Positions 26,575 to 32,000 of a stretch of DNA of 32,000 nt are shown one piece after another. Under the pieces are notes generated by a model. It was not told where the DNA came from and did no database searches. It saw nothing but the letters and a program-made list of their open reading frames with translations. The stretch covers positions 2,760,001-2,792,000 of the forward strand of contig NC_000962.3 of the NCBI RefSeq assembly GCF_000195955.2, in the 5' to 3' direction. Each line of letters starts with the position of its first letter. Within the stretch, counting starts at the first letter, position 1. A program made the position numbers and the translations under genes. This DNA is from Mycobacterium tuberculosis H37Rv (GTDB lineage Bacteria; Actinomycetota; Actinomycetes; Mycobacteriales; Mycobacteriaceae).

Positions 26575-26898
26575 CTAGTGAGCTATAGACGACTTCGTGT
26601 TAGCGCCGCTGGCGGGGACGTTGGCGCTGATGGGGATCGAGTTCCTCAGCTGCCCGTGGACAAGAACCGCACCCCGCAGCGAGTCGGCATGGACACTCGC
26701 GACGCCGCCACGAGTCTGGCGGTGTACGCCCATTGCGCGCGTCACGCGCCCACTGACCCAGTTCACTGGGGTGCCGTTCGCCGTGCTCGCGGCGGCGCTC
26801 ACGGCGCTGCATCTGACGGCATGGCGCACCGCATTCGGTTTTTCTGAGCGCTGGGAAAATGGCCAGCCGTCTGGCTCATGGCGTCTACGCAACGCCAC
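26575..26898 (-). CDS. Hypothetical protein (Rv2481c-type)
   Basis: 107-codon ORF starting 15 nt downstream of the plsB2 stop, with purine-rich first codon positions on this strand. I recognise no motif. An equally long plus-strand ORF shares the same wobble positions. Confidence 0.3.
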   Translation of the reverse strand: MALRRRHEPDGWPFSQRSEKPNAVRHAVRCSAVSAAASTANGTPVNWVSGRVTRAMGVHRQTRGGVASVHADSLRGAVLVHGQLRNSIPISANVPASGANTKSSIAH

Positions 26899-26913
26899 GC
26901 CCCCAACACGTTC

Positions 26914-29283
26914 TTAGATTCGGTCGCGTCCTTGACGCGCTTTGAACTCGCAGGCGACGAACTGGTTGCGCGCGATCTGCTCGACATAGTCGAAATCCCG
27001 CAGAATGTTTCGTAACTCCCGCCGGAAGGCGACCCTACGTTCGGCGAGGTCGGCCGCCGGCGCTATCAGCTCCTGATCGACGGCGACCTGGCGTGCAGTG
27101 GCGAACAGCAGCGTCGATACCGGTTCGCTGCTGCGGACCCGGCCCTGTGCCACAAACTGACGGCCGAGGCCGAGCGCCAGCTCCGTCAACTCCTCAGGAC
27201 CGATGTCAGGCGGAGCATCGCGCAACACGTCGGCAACGATCTCATAGGCTTCGAAGAAGACCCGCAACATCGCGTCCGACATCAGCGGCCGTTTGGCATA
27301 CAGCATCGCGTCGATCTCATTGCCCCCGACGCCAAGATGATCCTCCCAGTCTTGGTGCCAGGCCATCTCTTGGGCGATGTTGGCCCGAAACGCCGTGGAA
27401 TCCGCGAAATAGAAGTCGAACTTCAGCAGATCCCGCAACCGCATCGCCTGGGCCCAGAACGCGGCGACGCGGTCACCTTCGGCGTGCTTGGCATGGGCCA
27501 GCGCGAGCTCGACGATCGAGGTCTCCAAAAACGCATGGATCACCGAGTTCCGGTAGAACGCCGCGGCGTGCTCGTCGTCAGGCGCTATGTACCATACCGG
27601 CTCCCGGCCACTGTCGACCCGAGTGACCGGGTGGCCGTTGGACAACGCGTCCGCCGCCGCACGGACGCCTTCGCGCGAGCGCAGTCGCAATGCGCTTGTC
27701 GAAACCGGCGATTGTTTGCGTTCCAGATAGTCCAGTGAGTCCTGCAACGTGTGGTGCAGCTGGTCGAGCGTCAACGCGGTGCCGCGGGTGGTGAGCAGCA
27801 GTGCGGACACCAAACCCGTCGCGGTCACCGGCGTCGCCTGCAAAATCCTCCAGGCCACCTCGAACGACATCTTCTGCAACGCAAGCCGTTTCGCGGCCGG
27901 ATCCTGGGTCAGCTCGCCGTGCGGTGCGCCGAGGTACTGGCGCATCGAGACCGCTTCGGGGAAGCGAACGTAGATCTTGCCGAAGTTGCGTTCCCCCTGC
28001 GCCTTGATGAAGTTGTAGAGCCAGCGCAAACCTTCGGGCGTCTTCTCCGCGCCACGCGCGTAGGCGGCGTATTCGGTGATCTCGTGCAGCTGATCGAAGC
28101 AAATCGAAACCCCCTGCAGCAGGATGTCGTCACTGCGGCCGTCCAGGTAAGCATCGGCCACGTAGCTCATCAAACCGAGCTTGGGCGGCAACATCTTTCC
28201 GGTGCGCGACCGGGTGCCTTCGATGGACCAGCTCAGGTTGAACCGCTTCTCGACCACGTAGCCCACGTACTCCTTGAGCACGTACTTATACAGTGGGTCG
28301 TTGCCGATATTGCGCCGGATGAAGATCATCCCCGAGCGCCGCATGAGGGGTCCCATGAGACCGAACGACAGGTTGATGCCGCCGAACATGTGCACCGGCG
28401 GTAACCGGTTGTCCTGCATGGCCACCGGTACCACCACGCCGTCGATGTAGGACCGGTGCGAGAACAGCAGGACCGCCGGATGAGCCTCCAGTGCGGCGCG
28501 CATCGCCGCGACCTGATACTCGTCGTAGTCGAATTCCGGATCGAAGCCGCGGCTAGCCAGCCTGCCGAGGACGGAAACCAGGTCTACCGACACCTGGCTC
28601 CATCCGGTGGAGAGTTCGTCGAGCATCTTCCCGGCATCTTCGACCGTGGCGCCCGGAATCCGGTCCAGGCCGGCACGAAATCGTGCGGACGCCAACATCT
28701 CCGGCTTCACCAGCCGGGGAGATTTGTATTGCGGTCCAAGGATCCGATATTCGGCGCGCGCCAGCGCCAACAGCGCTCGGCGGCTGACGAACTGGGCGAA
28801 ATCGCGCTTGTGCTCTGCCACCGTGGTATCGCGCCACTGCTGGCGCAGTTCGGACACCTTGGCCGACTCGCCGGCCACCACCCGCGCGCGCCTGGGATCG
28901 GTACGCAGGATGCGACGCTGCTGACGCTGGCTGGGATGGTAGGGATCCCGACCCGGGAGCAGTGCGGCCACCTTGCCCGCCCGGCTGCGATCGGCGGGAG
29001 GCAGCCAGATCACCCGAACCGGCACGATAGAACGGTCCTCGCCAGATTGCGGGCTGGATGCGAAGCCGGGCTCGAGCTGCTCGACCAGTGCCGTCAGCGC
29101 CGCCGGCGGAGCGTTGCGCGGTGGCAGCTTCAATATGTCGAACTTCGAGTCCGGATGGCGTGCACGCTGCTGGCCCAGCCAGCCCATGATCAGCTCCATC
29201 TCGACCGGCGTCGCCGTGGAAGCCAGCACCAGTGTGTCCTCGGCAGTAAGCACCGCGCTGGCATCGGCCGCCGGTTTGGTCAC
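26914..29283 (-). CDS. plsB2: Glycerol-3-phosphate acyltransferase
   Basis: 789 aa with an HX4D acyltransferase motif (HRSYID), PlsB-like blocks ([18 protein letters not shown]), and a GTG start in a GTGA overlap with the plsC stop. Confidence 0.93.
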   Translation of the reverse strand: MTKPAADASAVLTAEDTLVLASTATPVEMELIMGWLGQQRARHPDSKFDILKLPPRNAPPAALTALVEQLEPGFASSPQSGEDRSIVPVRVIWLPPADRSRAGKVAALLPGRDPYHPSQRQQRRILRTDPRRARVVAGESAKVSELRQQWRDTTVAEHKRDFAQFVSRRALLALARAEYRILGPQYKSPRLVKPEMLASARFRAGLDRIPGATVEDAGKMLDELSTGWSQVSVDLVSVLGRLASRGFDPEFDYDEYQVAAMRAALEAHPAVLLFSHRSYIDGVVVPVAMQDNRLPPVHMFGGINLSFGLMGPLMRRSGMIFIRRNIGNDPLYKYVLKEYVGYVVEKRFNLSWSIEGTRSRTGKMLPPKLGLMSYVADAYLDGRSDDILLQGVSICFDQLHEITEYAAYARGAEKTPEGLRWLYNFIKAQGERNFGKIYVRFPEAVSMRQYLGAPHGELTQDPAAKRLALQKMSFEVAWRILQATPVTATGLVSALLLTTRGTALTLDQLHHTLQDSLDYLERKQSPVSTSALRLRSREGVRAAADALSNGHPVTRVDSGREPVWYIAPDDEHAAAFYRNSVIHAFLETSIVELALAHAKHAEGDRVAAFWAQAMRLRDLLKFDFYFADSTAFRANIAQEMAWHQDWEDHLGVGGNEIDAMLYAKRPLMSDAMLRVFFEAYEIVADVLRDAPPDIGPEELTELALGLGRQFVAQGRVRSSEPVSTLLFATARQVAVDQELIAPAADLAERRVAFRRELRNILRDFDYVEQIARNQFVACEFKARQGRDRI

Positions 29284-31022
29284 GACCGTCCTTTGGCGCT
29301 AGAGCTTGGCGATGCGGAGGCCTCACCATCCTTGCCAGCGATCTTAGATTCGCTGGGTTTGGCCTTCGGCGATGCCTTCTTTGTAGCCGCCTTCGTCGCG
29401 GCCGCGCCTTTATTGGCGGCGCTTTTGGCGGGAGCCTTCTTAGCCGGCACCCTTTTCGCGGTGGCCTTGGCGACCTGAGCCCTGGCTTTTCTGGCGGCCT
29501 TCTGCTCGGCGTACAGATCGACCGCGGGCAACCCATCGACCGGCCAGTCCGCCAGCGTGTCCAGATACAGCTGGCGCACCTCGGCGATACGATCCGGCAG
29601 GGCGTCCAGGGTCCAGTCATCGACCGGAATCGGCGGAAACACCGCGACGTCGACCGTGCCCGGATTGATCGTGGTGGAGTTGCGCGAGGCGACGATCTCC
29701 GCATTGCGGATCACGATCGGCACGATCGGGATCTTCGCGGCCATGGCGATACGGAAGGGCCCCTTCTTGAATGACCCGACTTCGGTGGTATCCAACCGGG
29801 TACCTTCGGGAGCGATCACGATCGATAGTCCATTGCGGGCGCGCTCCTCAACCGTGTGCAGTGTCTCCACCGCGGCGACCGGATCATCACGGTCGATGAA
29901 CACACCGTCCAGCAACTTCCCCAGCGTGCCCATGATCGGGTCGCTCGCCAGTTCCTTCTTGCCCACCCCAACCCAGTTGTCGCGCACCAGCGCACCGGCA
30001 ATGACCGGGTCAACCTGGTTGCGGTGGTTGAAGATAAAGACGGCGGGCCGCTGGGCGGTCAGATTCTCTTTTCCGATCACATTCAGGTGCACGCCGCTGG
30101 TCGCCAGCAGCAGCTGAGAGAAGGTGGAGGTAAAGAAATTCACGCCGCGGCGCCGGCTACCGGTCAGCACACCGATCCCTACCGCGCCGGCCGCGACCGG
30201 GACGATGGTGCTCAGACCGGCAAGTGTCCGCAACTGCCGCCGGATGCCCACACCGCCGCGACTGTTGAACTTCAAGATCGGCCAGCCCCGTCGCTTGGCG
30301 ACCGCGGCCATCTTTCCTTCCGGATTGGTCGGTCGCGGATTGCCCACCAGATACATCAGGGCGACGTCCTCGTCACCGTCGGCATAGAAGTAACTGTCTT
30401 TGAGATCGATGTCGTGCTCGGCCGCAAAGCGTTGCACCGCAGTGGCTTTGCCCGGACACCACAAAATTGGCTTCAGCACACCCCCGGTGAGTATCCCGTC
30501 CTCGTTGGTCTCGAACTTGTTGGTGAGCATGTTGTTGATCCCCAGAAAACGTGCGACTGGGCCAACTTGGATGGTCAGCGCCGACGAGCTGAGGACCACG
30601 GTGTGGCCGCGGGCCACGTGAGCCCGGACCAGTTCCCGCATTTCCGGGTAGATCCGGGACTCGATCCGCTGGGCGAATAGCCGCTCGCCGATTTCTTCCA
30701 GGTCGGTCAAGAGCCGCCCGGCCAGCGCCGCGGCGGCCTTTCCGATAAGGTCTTCGAACTCGATTCGCCCGAGCGTGTGATTCAGGCCGGCCTGAACCAT
30801 ACCGAGCAGCTCGCCCACGCCCATATCGCGGCGCCGCAGCCTCTCCTGGGTGAGGATGACGGCCGTGAAGCCGGCGACCAGCGTGCCGTCCAGGTCGAAA
30901 AACGCACCGACCTTCGGGCCGGCAGGACTGGCCAGAATCTCGGCTACCGAACCGGGTAGGCGCAAATCCGGCGCCGACTTCCGCGTCGCCCGCTCTTCCC
31001 CCTGCTCGTCAGCGGCGCTCAT
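29280..31022 (-). CDS. plsC: Bifunctional-looking HAD-phosphatase-like / 1-acyl-sn-glycerol-3-phosphate acyltransferase with basic Lys/Ala-rich tail
   Basis: 580 aa from ATG 31022, which is in an ATGA overlap with the upstream WS/DGAT stop. N-terminal HAD motif FFDLDGTL. C-terminal LPLAT motifs FNHRNQVD (HX4D) and APEGTR. The last roughly 76 aa are AKKAPAK-type. Confidence 0.9.
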   Translation of the reverse strand: MSAADEQGEERATRKSAPDLRLPGSVAEILASPAGPKVGAFFDLDGTLVAGFTAVILTQERLRRRDMGVGELLGMVQAGLNHTLGRIEFEDLIGKAAAALAGRLLTDLEEIGERLFAQRIESRIYPEMRELVRAHVARGHTVVLSSSALTIQVGPVARFLGINNMLTNKFETNEDGILTGGVLKPILWCPGKATAVQRFAAEHDIDLKDSYFYADGDEDVALMYLVGNPRPTNPEGKMAAVAKRRGWPILKFNSRGGVGIRRQLRTLAGLSTIVPVAAGAVGIGVLTGSRRRGVNFFTSTFSQLLLATSGVHLNVIGKENLTAQRPAVFIFNHRNQVDPVIAGALVRDNWVGVGKKELASDPIMGTLGKLLDGVFIDRDDPVAAVETLHTVEERARNGLSIVIAPEGTRLDTTEVGSFKKGPFRIAMAAKIPIVPIVIRNAEIVASRNSTTINPGTVDVAVFPPIPVDDWTLDALPDRIAEVRQLYLDTLADWPVDGLPAVDLYAEQKAARKARAQVAKATAKRVPAKKAPAKSAANKGAAATKAATKKASPKAKPSESKIAGKDGEASASPSSSAKGRS

Positions 31023-32000
31023 GAGCCCGACACCGATCGAGGCACTGAACCGGCTCCTTGAGTATCGAACGACGCCGGCAGCACACGCGGTGCCGGACCA
31101 CCGGCCAGCGCAAGGATTTCGTCGAAACCCGCCTGCAGGCATTGAGCGAACAACTCGTCGTTTCGCACCGACGCCCTGTCGTAGCGCACCGTGACGGTGC
31201 ACCACCCGCCCCGGGAAATTAGCACTACCATCATCGCCACACCGGGCAACGGTCCAATACCGTACTGCCGCAGTATCTTCGCGCCGGCAAGGTAGGTATC
31301 CCCTGGGTAGACCGGAACATTGCTGGCTTGCACATCGGAACCGATCACCGAACCGGTGATCCCCTCCAGCACGGCCGTCGGCAAGACACTCAGCACCGGT
31401 GCAATGGAACCGATGATGTTCATCGCGGGCTCGTCGCGACGCTGGGTCATCTGCGCCCGGATCTTCTTCATCCGAGCCACCGGATCGATAGTGCCCACCG
31501 GCGCCGCCAGGTTGACACCGGTGAACTGGTTGCCGCCGGCCGCATCGCCCTCGGCCCGCAGGTTGACCGGCACCGCCATCGGCAGCGTGCTGATCGGCAC
31601 GCCCAGGGCCTCGTGGTAGCGGCGCAGCGCGCCACACAGACCCGCAAGGTAGGCGTCGTTGATCGACCCGCCGCCGGCCTTTGCGGCCTTGTGCAGGTCG
31701 GCGAGCCGGATGTCGATGGCCTCGGTACGGGTGGTCAGGCTGCGCCGGCGCAGTAGGGGTGAGGGTTCAGCAGCTCGGTTCAGCACCCGGATGCCCGACC
31801 TGGCGTAGCCCAAGATCCCCGACACGGTGGACACCGGTTCCAGAACAGCCCGCCCGGCCATCGATACCGCCCCGGACAGCGCGTCCAGGACACCGCCGAC
31901 GACAGCAATTGGCAGGTGGTTGATGCCCCGGCGCATCAGGTCATTGGGGGACAGATCCTCCGGAATGGGTTGCGGCGGCGTCGACCTAGGTGGTGGATCG
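31019..32000 (-). CDS. Wax ester synthase/diacylglycerol acyltransferase (WS/DGAT, Tgs-type), 3' portion; 5' end beyond the right edge
   Basis: The frame is open to base 32000 (checked codon by codon upstream of the track's first Met at 31936). It has WS/DGAT C-terminal domain character (…SNVPVYPG…). Position matches Rv2484c. Confidence 0.85.
   Translation of the reverse strand, partial: DPPPRSTPPQPIPEDLSPNDLMRRGINHLPIAVVGGVLDALSGAVSMAGRAVLEPVSTVSGILGYARSGIRVLNRAAEPSPLLRRRSLTTRTEAIDIRLADLHKAAKAGGGSINDAYLAGLCGALRRYHEALGVPISTLPMAVPVNLRAEGDAAGGNQFTGVNLAAPVGTIDPVARMKKIRAQMTQRRDEPAMNIIGSIAPVLSVLPTAVLEGITGSVIGSDVQASNVPVYPGDTYLAGAKILRQYGIGPLPGVAMMVVLISRGGWCTVTVRYDRASVRNDELFAQCLQAGFDEILALAGGPAPRVLPASFDTQGAGSVPRSVSGS

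Noticed and set aside
29300-29480. Repetitive gcc/ggc/ctt-rich DNA that looks like a VNTR or array
   Set aside because: The repeats are imperfect and in frame. They are simply the coding sequence of the Lys/Ala-rich PlsC tail, not a CRISPR array or a MIRU-type locus.
28456-29704. 340-aa (+) and 383-aa (-) ORFs across the plsB2/plsC junction
   Set aside because: These are alternative-frame or antisense shadows of plsB2 and plsC. They are Arg/Pro/Ala-rich with no motifs, whereas the called frames contain HX4D acyltransferase blocks.
31023-31637. 205-codon 5' extension of plsC (785-aa track ORF)
   Set aside because: The extension overlaps the WS/DGAT gene in another frame and is Arg/Gly-rich nonsense. 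ATG 31022 sits in a classic ATGA stop-start overlap and yields the expected HAD N-terminus.
1-32000. Search for CRISPR arrays, prophage or integrase genes, toxin-antitoxin pairs, defence systems, and PE/PPE or biosynthetic clusters
   Set aside because: None was seen. Apart from IS6110, every substantial ORF is a recognisable housekeeping or conserved mycobacterial gene in the expected synteny, so I make no claim of a novel system.

Overview
This window looks like core chromosome of the Mycobacterium tuberculosis complex. I recognise it from memory, not from any search, as the segment syntenic with H37Rv Rv2458 to Rv2484c. GC content is high and gene packing is dense. In order, I can support: mmuM (3' part), an MFS pump, clpP2-clpP1-tig on the minus strand, divergent tRNA-Pro and tRNA-Gly, lipP, nei, rpiB, a DsbA-like CPWC reductase, pepN, a DUF5130 protein with a small membrane ORF, an HNH nuclease, glbO-aglA, two weak hypotheticals, the Rv2474c/thioesterase/giant NAD-GDH unit, an EttA-type ABC-F protein, an SSB-like gene, one complete IS6110, and a glycerolipid module (WS/DGAT 3' part, plsC, plsB2, small hypothetical). 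I found no CRISPR array, prophage, defence island, toxin-antitoxin pair or biosynthetic cluster, and I do not think a novel multi-gene system is present. Six observations are most worth a second look. (1) IS6110 sits inside codon 6 of the SSB-like gene, so the original ATG, SD and promoter are stranded 1.36 kb away across the element. (2) The 3' end of the IS faces the decapitated gene. (3) The stranded promoter region carries a perfect 14-bp tandem repeat and an AT-rich palindrome, and is followed by a small lipoprotein-like ORF with a good SD. (4) A 77-80 codon single-TM ORF overlaps the start of the DUF5130 gene and may be a CtaJ/CtaI pair. (5) There are candidate SigH-type and ClgR-type regulatory motifs. 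(6) A 21-bp perfect inverted repeat follows the CPWC reductase gene. Many long ORFs in the six-frame track are antisense or alternative-frame shadows typical of high-GC DNA, and I rejected them.
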